DNA of 64,000 nt, taken from positions 1,736,001 to 1,800,000 of the forward strand of contig CM030338.1 of assembly GCA_017654855.1 (NCBI GenBank), written 5' to 3'. Below the pieces are notes generated by a model that worked only from the letters and a program-made list of their open reading frames with translations, was not told where the DNA came from and made no database searches. The DNA comes from Podospora anserina (Eukaryota). Made by a program: the position numbers and the translations under genes. Shown here piece by piece: positions 47,601-60,715 of the stretch (within the stretch, counting starts at the first letter, position 1; the number at the start of each line of letters is the position of its first letter).

Positions 47601-49705
47601 ATCGTCGGCTACGTCCTACACACCTGTGATTATTGCTCGGCCATGCAGCAGAATGCAATCGGAAGGGGACGGCAAAGCTACAGCAGCTTTCGGGTACACA
47701 ACGCACATGCAGTTACTCATCTAGCCTCCATTGTGCATACGTAGTTCGACATGTTGACGACATTGCTTGGTTCATGCTGCTGAACACTTTTCAATGACGA
47801 GTTTCAAGCATGAAGTTTGACTCGACACCAAAAATCACACGCATGACGATCTCTTCTGTAGCCATCAGCAGTTCGATAAGCCGAGGAGGTACAACTAACA
47901 GACTGCTTCAGAAATTGATGACGACGGGATCTTATGCCAGAAAGGAGACACATAACGGCCTTGCATAGTTGTAAGTGGATGATCGCCCCGGTGCCAAGAG
48001 TTGGTCGGTCATGGCCGCATTTGTGGTGAAGGGTCGATCCGGCCCGGTGTGTGTTGCACTTCTTTTTTTTTTCCTACATTTATCCCCATGGGTGTCATGA
48101 AAAGTATACTGACTTCCTTTAGAAGACAAAACCACCATCGCCCAGCCTTGCTTGCTACAGACACGGCCTGGGGCCAGCGTTCCGATACATGGTTGCTATA
48201 CTCGCGCCCCCCCCCTTGCAACGTACCGGACAACAATTCCCACCACGCCGGATGGACTCCAGTTCCCAACCTACCTCTCGGGTCTATCCAGGTTTTCCAG
48301 ACTTTACCCGGTTTAGGAGGGGAGTCGACACAACGGCATGACATGGCATAGACCACACAAGAAAGTCGAACGGGAACAACTCCCCCCACCCCTCCTGGCA
48401 GCCTCCTTTTCGAAATAGCGGCAAAAAAGAAGGGGCATGCTGCCTGCATGCAACCGTTTCTGCCTGACCGGCCCTGGTATAAAACTCAAATCATCGTCAT
48501 TCTTCCTTTACTTACCGACAAGAGAGCTTAACCTTTAACCAAAGAGGGCATAGGCAAGAAAGACGAACTTTGGGTGGTGGCTTCAGATATAGACGAGACA
48601 GCCACACACACACACAAGCAGAGGATCACAAGAAGAAGGAGACTAGCCATCATCCGGCTACTCTCCCCGACAACCGATGATGCAAGCCTCGTCACAATCC
48701 CTCCGGAGTGAAGCCGACGCAAAAATACAAGAACCGTCCAGCCTATCCACATTGCTCGCTCGCAAAATTTGTAAACGAGGCACGCCGGTGTTGGAACTAA
48801 GAGGAGAGAAGCAGCCGAGTGAAGCACTCCGCGGTGTGTATGCTCCGGTTCAAGTCTAGGAAGAGGACAGTCAGCCTACGCTACCCCAGGAAGAGGCAGG
48901 CCCAAAGCACATGAACCAGAAAAAAGTAGACCCAAACATGGAAAGAAAAAAAACCTGGATCTGAAACTGTTGAGATCCATCAGTTATGGCAGGTAAGAAG
49001 ATAGATAGCACCACCATGGCTTACTACGTCAGGCGCTCGGTGTGGAAAAGAAAACCAAGACCACCGGATTTTCCCAGGATTCTGACTTCGGAACAAGAAA
49101 ACAAAAATCGAAGACGCGTCAAAAAAGTAACTCTCACTACTTTAGGAAGGTAGGTACATGTTCGACGAAACAAGCTACAAGAGATGATAATCACTATTTC
49201 ATATATTTGCTCTGCTAAGGGAGCCAGCTAGCCGTTCGGGATATCGAATCCAGAACTATCTATTCCCCTCCAACTTTTCTCGTATTCTCCAAAACTGCCT
49301 TTTTGCCTCTTTGTAGGGATCATCTACTTTTGAGCCGTTTCCCATTTGCTTCTGAGAAAGAAAGAGCCAGCTTCCCGAAGCTTGGCCGAGTGAGAGAAAA
49401 AAAAAGAAACAGGGGCTGTCTTTGCTCCCTGGGAAAAAGGGGGGATATCATTATTATTTGCAAATTAGCAAAAAGGCAAAGTTCCGTGAAACTTTTTTGG
49501 CCATTACCCCCCAGGCGGACGAACGGACGGATGGACGGACGGGGGACCTTTTAGAGTAAACAATATTACTCAAAAAATACGTTTGGGGCATGGAAGATGA
49601 CATCTTCAAACCAAATACTTGCCCCCAGTTGGAACGATATCCATCATCGTCATCTGGAACTTCCTGAACGAACTTCAAAAAGAGAGAGTCACGCCCCCTC
49701 GTGAT

Positions 49706-50792
49706 CTAGCGTCTCCTCTTATTAGGGCAATCCGCATTCTTATGCCCCAGCTTACCGCACCCATGACAAGTCATGTTTGCCATTGACGTTTTCGGGGAGG
49801 AGAGCCCACCACCGCCAGATATTGAGCTTAACCCCCCTGCGCCAGATATCGTGCTTAGCCTGTTGAGCTTGACCTCCTTTTTCCTTCTCTGGCTGGCGAG
49901 TTCTTGGGCGCGTTTTTGCTCTTCCGCTTTTTTGGTCGAAAGGGTAGATGATCGGCCGCGTTTTCGGGAGGCGGAGTCGTTGGTGTTCTGTTGCCTGCCA
50001 CGGGGTTGTTGTCGGTTCTTCGTAGTCTTTCTCTCATCTGAGGAGGAATCGGAGTCGGAATCATCGGAGACTGAGCCGCTGTCGGAGTCAGAGTTGTCGG
50101 AACTGGAGCTCTCGTCGGTATCTTCGGATTTGATCTTGGGGGCCTGTTTCATGCATTGTCAGTTGTAGTATGGCAGGATGTGTCTTGAAAAAAAAACATG
50201 CCTCGGCCTTCTTCATGTTGAATCTCATCAACGGTGGGGCAGCACCCGCGCTTCCCTCCTCGAATGGGTTGTCGTCCTCGACACCAGAGTAAGTTGTCCT
50301 TGATGAGCCATAGTCAATCTGCGCAAAGCCCACTTGCACAACATTCAACGGCTTCTTTGCCCCCTTTTTCACTCCTGTGTTCACACCCTCCAGGACCCAG
50401 TGGCTGTCACCCAACTCTGCGGCTCTCCTCTCCACGGCAGCGATTCGCTTCTTCTCTTCTTCTTCGATGGCGGCTTGGATGGCGGCTTGGTCGTAGAGGG
50501 GGGGTTGAGGGGCCGCGGTAGAGGCGGAGGAAGGGGCGTGGGAGAATTTACGGCGTTTGGAGGAGGAGGTGATGTCGTTGTCGTTTTCGTTGCCGGCCGC
50601 TTGGGGGGTTGCGGGGGTCGGTGTGGTTGCGGAAACGGGAGTGGTTGGGGAGTTGTTATTGGCGGCGGCGGCGAGGGCAGCGCCGCGCTGCATGAACTTC
50701 ATGGTCATGAGGCGTGAGGACATGGTTTTGGCGGCGGGGGCTTCTTTCATGGGGAGGAGGTATTCATTTTGGGTGGATTTGGGGGGTGGCAT
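49706..50792 (-). CDS. MPP6-like nuclear exosome cofactor with C-terminal CCHC zinc knuckle, 2 exons joined by a GC-AG intron
   Basis: SSRLMTMKFMQR resembles the Mpp6 N-terminal exosome-binding motif. NLS-like KRRK, acidic/Ser tract, terminal CHGCGKLGHKNADC. Intron 50201-50144 (GCATGT...CTGAC...CAG) joins the two ORF frames. Confidence 0.7.
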
Positions 50793-51268
50793 GGTTGCGG
50801 TGTTGTGGGGTGTCGATACGCGACACACAGGCGTAGGGTTGGAGGTTGGGATTTATATGGTCCGGAGGGGGTTGGGAATGAAAGTCTGGTTTAATGTTAA
50901 GAAGAGAGGTGGTGGTGGAATGTAGCTGTGTTAAAGTAAACAAATGTCTATTGCGCGTGAAGCTCGGGGGCGGCGGTCGCAATGCGATGTTCAAAAAAAA
51001 AAGTTGAGGTGATGCATCTTGGGTCAGCTAGCCAAGCCTAGAAGTGGAACCCAAATACTTGGCAAGGCTAATCCTGCTTCTGATTCCAGGGTTAGGGAAT
51101 ATGAGCAGAAATCCGATGTTTAGCCGGAGCTGTTCCCGCACCGCAGCGAGCTACACCTGGAGCTCCATCAACGTCAATTGACGCTTCCCTACTGGGCCAC
51201 AGGTTCCCAGAGCTGCTTCTCGCGACGGACCTTGCGAACGAAACACCACAAACCACAACCTCCACAAA

Positions 51269-51992
51269 ATGTTCGCCTTACGGATGCGGGCGGTGGCCCA
51301 GGGCCTGCCTCGCCAACTTTCGAAGCGGTCGTTTACTGCTACTGCCCGGCAATTGGAATCCACGACGGTGCCCACCAAGGGCGACGAGAAAGTACCCCAG
51401 GTCACCGGTGGCCCTGCGCCCACTACTGTCCAGCAGGCGCCCAACCGCACCGAGGTTTGGTCGCGCACCCAGAGACCCCGTGCTGATGCCATGACTGGCC
51501 CTCGTTTCGAGCAGACGGATCTTGAGAACCAGGTTGGTTGATACCCGAGCGTTGGACTTGGAAGGGGGAGAGGCATGATGTCAGGGAAATAGAGGAATGG
51601 GGGGAATGGATTGATACGGCAAAAGGAGGGGGGAACTATGTTGTTTTTGGGAGGATGCATGCTGAAACTATGTCTTTTTTTTTTAGCCCCGCCCCTGGGC
51701 TGCTATCGAGCTCATCCACAAGGAGCCCGTCAGATGGACGCACGACCGGGTCGTTGCCTGCGACGGTGGCGGTGGTCCTGCTGGACACCCCAAGGTTTAC
51801 ATCAACTTGGACAAGGCTGAGATTACGCCTTGCGGTTATTGCGGCCTTCCTTTTGTAAGTCTGACAAGGGCGCCACAGGGCAAGGAGCTATGAAAGCTAC
51901 GGGCAATCAGACTGATATCATAATCACAGGCCAACGAGCATCACAGAAAGCACCTTGAGTCTCTCCCACAGACATCTTATCCCCTGGCTTGA
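51269..51992 (+). CDS. NADH:ubiquinone oxidoreductase zinc-binding accessory subunit (NDUFS6/NUMM, zf-CHCC), 3 exons
   Basis: Arg-rich mitochondrial presequence, QAPNR...[17 protein letters not shown], then [27 protein letters not shown]...CGYCGLPF. Introns 51533-51686 and 51855-51929. Confidence 0.93.
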
Positions 51993-53306
51993 ATGTAGAC
52001 CAGAAAAGGGGACATGGCGGGGTGATGAGTTTGCGGGGTTGGTTGAGGCTCTGTACATATGTAACTTTGCCAATAGATGGCTTTCAGTTGCGCTTCAGAA
52101 TGTTAGACTGGGTGATTTTCTTTTTCCATTTCCACAAAGCAGGCAGAAGTCCCCGTGTGTTTGAGACAGTGCCAGGCTTACACTTCCTATTGATAAGGCA
52201 GTCAAGGGGTACGTCATCCAGACTGGTGGTTTTGACCAAGTTACGTCCAACCGTGAGTTCCACAGTTGCGTTGGCTTGTAATGTCTTGCTCACCGCCGGC
52301 GAGTTCTAGGCAGCCTATGACCACCCGGGCAGTATTTGAGGTTGGTCAAGAAGGGCATGATTGAGCAAAGTGCTTAACTGACCTGCCTGTCACACTCCAT
52401 CGATTTAGCTTTGTGACATCCGCAATGTCTCCGATGGTTGCTGTGCCACTTTGCTTTCTGGCAGGCATCGTACCATAGTTACATCAGGTATGTTGACTTT
52501 GGTGCTACCTTTGGCATTTTGTCTTTGTTGATTTCTGATTTGTGTTGGCGGGGAAACATTATTCTCAGTGTCTATTGACTCCGTTTAGTGCCTGCTGTAT
52601 TGACTTGTGAATTACTGAGAGCAAGTTGTGGGCCGGTCGGCCGAGATATCAAAACAGGCCAACGTCTAGACCCTCGAGGAAAGAAAGGGCACTTCGCAGT
52701 ATAACGCTATTTTGGGAGCCCAGCGGTCATGTATGGGATGACACGAGGATCATATCCGCCTTTCTTCAACATCGCGCCTTTTGCATTTTCCAAGGGTGCA
52801 GAACGTAACGTCGATGGCCACAACAACGGTTTCTTTCTTGACCTGTCCACAAATAAAACTCGGCTGTCCTTCTAGTGGTATCCGTCTTGACCGCTCCTCG
52901 TGTGGAGGATATAAGTACAAGTATTGGTGTCACAGCAAACATCTTTCAGACTTGGCATATCTATCACACCGGAAAGATGGGCGTGGTAAATGATGGCAGA
53001 GCAAGATAAAAAGAACGGATAACCCAGCTGCTCTGGGCCATACCATCAAAGAGAAACACCATCTCTTAACTGTCGACTTGCCCCGGAGTAACTCTTACCA
53101 CCGTACGGTTACTCAAGCACCTCACAGGCTCCATCTGAATATCAACAACGCACGTGTGTTGAGCCGTCAACTGCGTTTGATACCCAGAGCTTCATCGGTG
53201 ACAGTTTGCCAGGTATATATTCGTCCTCGTGTCTTCCCCTTCCATAGACTGACCTGACATCGCCAGAGACAAACCATTTCCATCAGAAGAACATTCAGAA
53301 CGCACG

Positions 53307-54093
53307 ATGTACTTCACCAACCTTCTCCCCCTAGTGGCTCTGGCCTCAGCCGGCCCCTCATCCATCAACTACCTCCACCAGCTCTCCGCCGCCCTCGTCA
53401 AACCAGCCAAACTCGTCCCCACAGCCCAGTTCAACTTTGCCCCGTATCAAGTCACCAACATCGCCCTCGACTGCAAGCGCCCCAACAACAAGACGAACTA
53501 CTCTTGTGAACTTTACTGTAAGCCCCCCCCTTTTCCCCCTTTACCCCTTCCCTATCTCGACCATCCCCCATCCCCCCTGAAGTGGTGGTACTGACGGTGT
53601 GCTGTGGAAGTCGCCCTCCACGACCCCAACTCGGTCCGCGAAAACAACGTCACCTCCTGCAGCTGCCACCACACCTGGTCCTGGGACGGGGTGAACGGGT
53701 CCCTCAGCACGACCGACTGGCGGACCCCGGTGGCGGGGTACCAGCTTTGCTGGCGCGACGACTGGACTTTCTTCAAGTCGTCGGTGCCGAGCTTTGAGCA
53801 CCCGGGGAATTTCAGCTTGGAGGTTGCGCATACGTATCATGATGATGAGTAAGTTCTCTTCTCCGGGGGGACGATGGGGGGGTGGGTAAGGGGAAAGGGG
53901 GGTGGGGAAAAAAGGGCTGATTCGATGGGGGGAAATTAGGAACTTTACCGTGCCTTGGGACTATCCGACTACGATTGCGACGGGGGAGGTGATTATATAT
54001 GAGTATTATGAGGGGGTGAAGAAGCATGGGGATAAGATTTGCTTGAGGGAGATGGGGCCGGTGAATGCGACTGTTGTGGGGATTTTGGACTAG
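53307..54093 (+). CDS. Small secreted protein with 6 Cys, possibly Alt a 1/AA1-like fold, 3 exons
   Basis: Signal peptide MYFTNLLPLVALASA. Introns 53518-53610 and 53849-53939 give a continuous frame (...SCELYFALHDPN...SCSCHHTWSWDG...NFSLEVAHTYHDDENFTVPWDY...). Several N-x-S/T sites and a TATA-like TATATATT near 53214. Confidence 0.78.
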
Positions 54094-56145
54094 AGTGAGG
54101 GATGGGGGAGATGTTGAGAGGTGTTCTTGGGGGAGGGGTAATGGAGAGGTTATTGGTGATGGGTATTTGGGTGGGAGGGGTAGATTGCCAATGGTCTGTA
54201 TGACTTGGTGAAGGAACGGGAGTAGGAAGAGTGTCTTCAGTCCTATCTTATCAGTCCCCGAGATGTGGTGATGATGCGGTTGTATACTATGAAAGTCATG
54301 CTGAGATTTTGAGAAAGGTTAACTGTCACATGCCAGAGCCAGAGTGGAATATGTTTCCCGAGTCAGAATTTGACGATGAACATCACTGCCATTCTGTTTT
54401 TAACAGGTCTGGGAGTTCTGTGGCAGTGTTTGATATCGTGATAATCAAGGACATCTCACATATTCATGAGTTGAGGATCCGAGTCTATCGAAACAACCAT
54501 CCTGATTCTATTTCAAGAGCCTGTACCTACCCTCACCGCCTATCTCCAAGCTGAACCCTTTTTGATATCAAGTTTTCAAAGATCATCACTTCTCGTATTG
54601 AAAAAGTGCTGGCGGTGGACTTTTCAGCAAGCCATGTTTGTTGCCGTCGTTGCCGTCGTTGTTGATGTTCACCCCCACTGAACCCTGAGGCTAGTGTAGT
54701 AGCGTTACGGAGCTTAGTGGCCTATATTTAGAACTTGGCTTCTGGGCTGAGTGAGTGGGCCCACATCTTTCCTAGCAAGCACAGAAGAGGGCTTTGACCT
54801 GGAGTAGAATGGAAGCTTGTCCAAGTTTTTGGCACTTGAAAAAGATGCAGGATATCAAAAAGGGGGGAGAGCAAGCGTCTGAAAGGAGTGGTGATCTGCG
54901 TGGTGAGGGTTTCTTTTTAGGCGACCGTTTTGTTCTTGGCTTTTTGGATGGAGGGGCAGTGAGATATGGCGGAATGCTACTGATAACCAACGAGATTTGA
55001 TGCTGTGGGAGATATGTACGGTAGATTGGAAGGAAATGATGGGGAGCTGTGATATGTTGCCCAATCTCTCTTGTATGCAGTGTTATAGTGGGTTGAGATC
55101 CTATCCCCGAGTTGAGGATACTTGGTACGGAGTAAGGGTTCTGTACACAGGCGTTTAGATATGGCGGGGGCGGCACAGCTTGCTGTAGTGCCGATGGGGT
55201 GGGTGGTGAAGAGAGGCACAGATGGAGAGCAGAGGGTACCAATGCTGTGGAACAAACGGACTTCAGGTTGGCAGGTGTTGGGTATGATTGGTCTTTTTTC
55301 GAATCATGATAGGTAAAGTCCAAGATGGTTCGGTGGTGAGGAGAGGTTGTAGTGAGGCATCGTCACTTGAAGCCCAAGGTTGGTGAAAGAAACCCCTTTT
55401 TGGCGCCTATCTGATATGCTGCTCGTCAACCTGAGGCAGAATACTGCAGACGGAATTAATTCCTTGATTGCCAACCTGCATCGTTTATTGAAGAGAACAC
55501 AAACCAACTGCATGATAACATGGAAAGCGTCAAGAGGTTCGAATCGTTCTGAAAAGACAGAACACAGCCCCGCTAGGCGTGAGAGGAGCTCCCCTTGAGC
55601 CCCTGTTCCCTGTCCTCTTGGAAGGCTGACGCCGCCAAATCATTGGACCTCCGTGCGGCTGCACCCTGCACGTCCGGCGCACCTGTTTGAGGGGCACGTC
55701 CACCGGGCAGTCTCGACAAGTGCATCAGCATCTTTGGGATGCCATTTCGTCTCATCTCATTCCCCTCCTCCACTTGCTTCGGCCTGTCATCGCTACGGAT
55801 ACACTACGCAGGATAACGCTGCGTAATTGTTTGCTTTGTTGACCCTGGATTGCCTTTCAGGTTGCTACCCTGCTTCCTTGTTCCTTGCTACCCCAAGCCC
55901 CAGCTCTGTCTGGCGTTGCGCTTGCTCTTTGCTTAGCCATCGTCACGCATCAGAAGGGTCACTCTGAGGTCGAGTCTGCGGCTTTTAGACATTGCGCACT
56001 CACCTTTCATCCCGTCTTTTGGCTGTTAGACCCCGCTGCCAGCGCCGCACCGTCCGGCTCCCGGCGTGTGCTTTGTCACAAACCAAACCACCGGCACAAA
56101 CACTTTGGACGGCCACACTCGCTTCTCCTCGCCAGCAGCGCAATA

Positions 56146-59092
56146 ATGCCGTCCAGGAGTTATCCATGGTCTGGCAAGAACAATCGCTCTCAGCATAACC
56201 TCGTCGGCACCACAGCCGCCGAGGACGCTGGACAATCAGGGCAGCAGCCATCAGTCCCCGGATCAGCTGTGACGAACCCCCCGAGTGCGGGTGGGAGCGC
56301 TGCTGCAAACCCCCCCTCAGCCTCGCCCAACCCGACCTTCAGCTCTAGCGAATCCTTTCAGCACGACACCAGCAACAACCGGTCAAGCCATCAACAACCT
56401 CCACCGCCTCCCCCCCATCTGGTCAGTATTTACGGGCAGTCCTGCCGGCCCTCTTGTCTCTTACTGACCTCCTTCTGTTACAGCTGCAGCACTCCAACAG
56501 TGTCTCGGGGGCAGCATTTGACTCGCGCCCGCCACGGGAGCACGATTACGCTGACCAGGTCTCGCGCTCCCAATCCCAACGCTATCCCCAAATCTCCCCC
56601 GTGACGACCCAACTTCACCATCACCACCCCCAGCAACAGCAGCACCAACAACAACAACATCATCATCATCAGCAGCAGCAGCAGCAGGGTCAGCAGCAAT
56701 CCCAACACTCGCCGCGCCACTCGCACCCCTTCGGATCCGGGTCTGCTGAGGATCTCTCGGCCGCGGGCGGACAAAGCATCTCGTCCCCCATAACTGGACC
56801 CCCGCAACCCCTCTTTAGCCAGCAACAGCAGCAACCCCCGCCAGCACCACAAAAGCAAAAGTCGTCCACTCGCAAGCTGGTCAAGAACATCTTCAGTCGC
56901 GACCACGCACCCCAGGTTCCGCAAAACAATTACAACAGTCCTCCCGGCGTTAACCGTAGAAATTCGAAGCGCGTGAGCCTTCCCCCGCCAGCACCACCAA
57001 GCCTCCGGACTGGTCTCACCCAGGTGTCCCAAGTCTCGCTCGACCAGCAACAGCTCGATTGGCAGAACCAGGCGCCTCCATCTCAACCATCCCCATTGCA
57101 AGGCGTAGGAGACTTCCGCGAGTCGTACGTGATTGACGGATCTGACCAAGAGTTACACCTGCAGAACCCCCACGATATCCAACAGCATCCCACCATACGG
57201 CCTGTTCCCCCTTCGGACTCGGACAACTCACCTTACTCGGCTGACGAAAGTGCATACCGTCAGCATCAGGGCCACTTTCAGCACAACGACCACACACCGC
57301 CCGAGCAGCAATACGGGCAGGCCATCTTCGAACCGCAACCCAACCAGCAATTGTCCCCTCATTCGCAACAACAACAACAGCACCCTCACCTCCAACAGCA
57401 GCAGCAGTACCACTATTCAAGCCCGCAGCAGTCACAATACCAGAGCGGATTTAGTGGACATCTAGCCAATCCCCAACAGCAGAATCCCGAGACGATTTCG
57501 CAACTGTCGCATGAGTCTCCTGTTACCGACTCAGACCAGCGTTCGGCGTCGAACATCCAAGCTCAGAGTTCGCAGACGTCCTCGGCGGTAAGCTACCCAC
57601 ATCAGGCACAGGATATCCCCGGCCGGCCGAATCCACAATCGGCGGCGCAAGGTCAAGCCCCGCAGCAACAACCACAGTCCATGGCTCCACCCACGGGCGG
57701 ACAACCCCCGGCACGACGATCCCAAGAGGCAGACAAAGGACTACGGGACCCTGCCCAAGCCCCGCCTGGGCCACCGCCCAGCTATCGCCAGAGCCAGCAA
57801 CCCAACATGAACAACCCCTTACCACAGCCTCCTAATGCCCCTGGGGCGAACCCGGCTTTCCGGACGAGCAATGTACCAGATAGACAGTTTGACGGGCCAG
57901 GGGATATTGCAGGTCGCAACAGCCCTCAACCTCCACCAAGTGACCGTGGAGAAGACCCAGATAAGGCGTTTAAAGACCTTTGTACGACCAGTTGTACTCT
58001 CCTATTCCGGCCTGTGCAAACTCAGCTAACCATGCAATAGTGACCAAGTACAAGAATGTAAAGCGTCTCTATTTTGACGGGAAGAAGGAGATTGAGCAAT
58101 TGAGTGGCCAAGTTGAGCAACTTCAAAACGCCATTGCCAACCAGCGAATGTCTCAGAGCCGAACCTCTCTCGACGATAGCGAGTACTCGACCCGCTTTAA
58201 CCGCCTCAATGGCGCCATCAATAACCTCTCGTTCAACATTCGAAAGGACTGGCAATCACTTCCGCAGTGGCTAGTCCCCTATGTTAGCCCAGAAGCGCTC
58301 AAGACGGGCAAACAAGAGATGACAGCTGTTGGGCGGGCGGTAATAACCCGGTGGCTCGTAGAAGAGATCTTCAACCGGTGTTTTCACCCAGGTCTCGAGC
58401 CTGAGCTGAGTCGGCAGCTGAAGATGATTGAGCGGAACATTAGAAACTTTAGCTACACGTTGAGCAGTCAAGAGGAGTATGATGCGCTGACGAGCAAGGT
58501 GGTGAGCTGGCGCATGGCTACGCTGGAAGGGTTGCAAGACGCTCTGCGCAGTGGGGAGGCGGTGAACTACAAGGCCGACTTCACTCGGCGAGCGACGACG
58601 GACCTGACGGCATCTCTGTTTCACCATTTGTCTAACCCACCGCCGCCTGGCGTAGATGGCAGTGCCAGTATGATTGTGGAGCTAGCCGTGGGCATTGCGG
58701 CCAACCTGCCGCTGGAGAGCCGCGATGTTGCCATCACCTATCCACTGCCGGAGTCACCTATTCAGCCGGACATCATGGAGGTTGAGAAGCAAGGGCTTCC
58801 GGCTCTGGAGGCCCGGCCGGCAGAGGGAGATGACGAGGGTGCAGGTGATGAGAAAGAGGGCGGAGGAAAAGACAAAGATGCCCGGCGCAATGACAAGTCT
58901 AGAGCGGGCATGTTGAGCGTGCTAGGCGGAGGTGGGAGCGCGCCGGGGAGCAGAAAGGGGAGTGTCGTGGATGCGAACCAGATTGCACCACCGTCCAAGG
59001 ACGGTGGCAAGGTTCGCTTTGCCGGGTTCGTTGCTGTTGAGGTCAGGGGTCGCCAGGTGCTGATTAAGGCTCCGGTCTGGACGCTGGCCTGA
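56146..59092 (+). CDS. Conserved hypothetical protein: long Q/P/S-rich low-complexity N-terminus, coiled coil, globular C-terminal domain, 3 exons
   Basis: ATG at 56146. Introns 56422-56483 and 57982-58040 with canonical signals. Ordered C-terminal part KYKNVKRLYFDGK...LQNAIANQRMSQSRT..DD.EY.TRFNRLNGAINNLSFNIRKDW...FHPGL...VRFAGFVAVEVRGRQVLIKAPVW. Confidence 0.85.
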
Positions 59093-59848
59093 AGTTGATA
59101 AAAAGGTTGCGAGAAATGCATGTCTTTTTTTGGAATTTTGGAGAGAAGTGCGCGGGTGATACCACTGGACTGAAAAGGGGGCGAGAGGTATAAGACCGAG
59201 ATATAGCTCGGCGGACGGATGGGGTGGAAGTTTCAAGGAAGAAGCCTCAAGAGATAATTTTTCCTTTTTACGGTTTTTTTCTGTATCTGACTGACGATGA
59301 ATATGGAAAGAAATTTGGAATGATATCCCTTCTCTTTTCTCCGAGATCAAGGGGAGACAGAGCTTTTTTTATATAAATTTTACAGTTGCGCTTACACCCA
59401 CCAGAAGCCAAAGCTAAGCTTTTCTATGCTTGGCTTGATGTCTTTTTTTACGTAAAATATGTCTTGTGTTGTGAGAGCTTTATGGAAGAAATTGGTCATC
59501 GCCGGCACTGGATTTGAAATAAGCTTCCACCACAGCTTCGGGGTGGTTTGTGTGCGTGTAACCACAGGACTGAAAGGGGGGGAAGGGACGGGCTTGAAGC
59601 AAGTTGGGACGGGAAAAAAGGAGGGGTTGGTTGTCAGCTTTGGGGTTCACCGCTTTCCACTTTGGGGGATAATTAGGCCCCACCACTCAGGATTTCGCGC
59701 GCGCGCGCAATTTACTGCCGGGGGTTTGAGAATTATGGGATTTGGTGACCCCGCGATGCGCCTGTGGGAATAGCTTCAGATTTGCGACAGCTGAGAATTT
59801 CTTTTTGTTTCCGGTTGGAGAAAAGACAGCAGAGGAGAAGAAACAAAA

Positions 59849-60715
59849 ATGGCCGAGTCTAAGCCTGCACATCTTGAGCCTTCCAAGTTGGGGACAAAAG
59901 CTTAGTATGCTGTTTGAGCCCCTTCATTTTGTTCAGCCCTCCGTCCTCAACCCCCCTGCTAACGACTTGAACATAGCTGGGACGCCCTCTACACAACCGA
60001 GCTGACAACCCACACCTCCGACCCCTCACTAGAGGGCACAGTCTGGTTCGACGACTCGGACGCCGAGGCCAAAATCCTGTCCTACCTCTCCCCCAACCGC
60101 GACGACTCGGACTCTGACAACGAAGACGACGACCACCCCCCCAACCCGCCCCCGCACGACCTCACCCCCAGCACAGCCTCCATCCTTGACCTAGGCTGCG
60201 GAAACGGGTCCCTCCTCTTCTCCCTCCGCGACGACGGCTGGTCCGGCCACCTGTTGGGAGTCGACTACTCCCCCCACTCCATCTCCCTCGCCAAATCCAT
60301 CGCCCAGTCCCGCGAGAATGAAAATCTCAAGAGTGTAGAGTTCAAAGTCTGGGACGTCCTAAACGGCGACATCCCCTCCATCTCCCCCCCAACCGGCTGG
60401 GACCTCGTCCTCGACAAAGGCACCTTCGACGCCGTCTCCCTCTCCTCCGAAACCGACTCCCTCGGCCGCAGGATCAACGAGGGCTACGGCGAGCGCGTCC
60501 TCCAGCTCCTCAAGACGGGCGGCGTCTTCCTCGTCACGTCCTGCAACTGGACCGAGACCGAACTCCGCACCTGGTTCGAGACCTCGACCGCCCCCAACGA
60601 CGGAAAGACCAAACTGAAAATGGCAGGCAGGGTAGACTACCCTAGTTTCAGCTTTGGGGGTGTCAAAGGGCAGACCATCTCGACGCTGTGTTTTGAAAAG
60701 GTCGTTGTTGAGTAG
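59849..60715 (+). CDS. EFM4: Protein-lysine N-methyltransferase EFM4/SEE1 (eEF1A methyltransferase), 2 exons
   Basis: LEPSKLGTKAYWDALY, EGTVWFDDSDAE, SAM motif ILDLGCGNGSLL, LGVDYS, VLDKGTFDAVSL, FLVTSCNWTETEL, YPSFSFGGVKGQTISTLCF. Intron 59905-59976. Confidence 0.93.

Noticed and set aside
54231-55600. Short ORFs between the secreted-protein gene and the Q-rich gene
   Set aside because: No codon bias, motifs or consistent splice signals, so neither a gene nor a pseudogene call can be supported.
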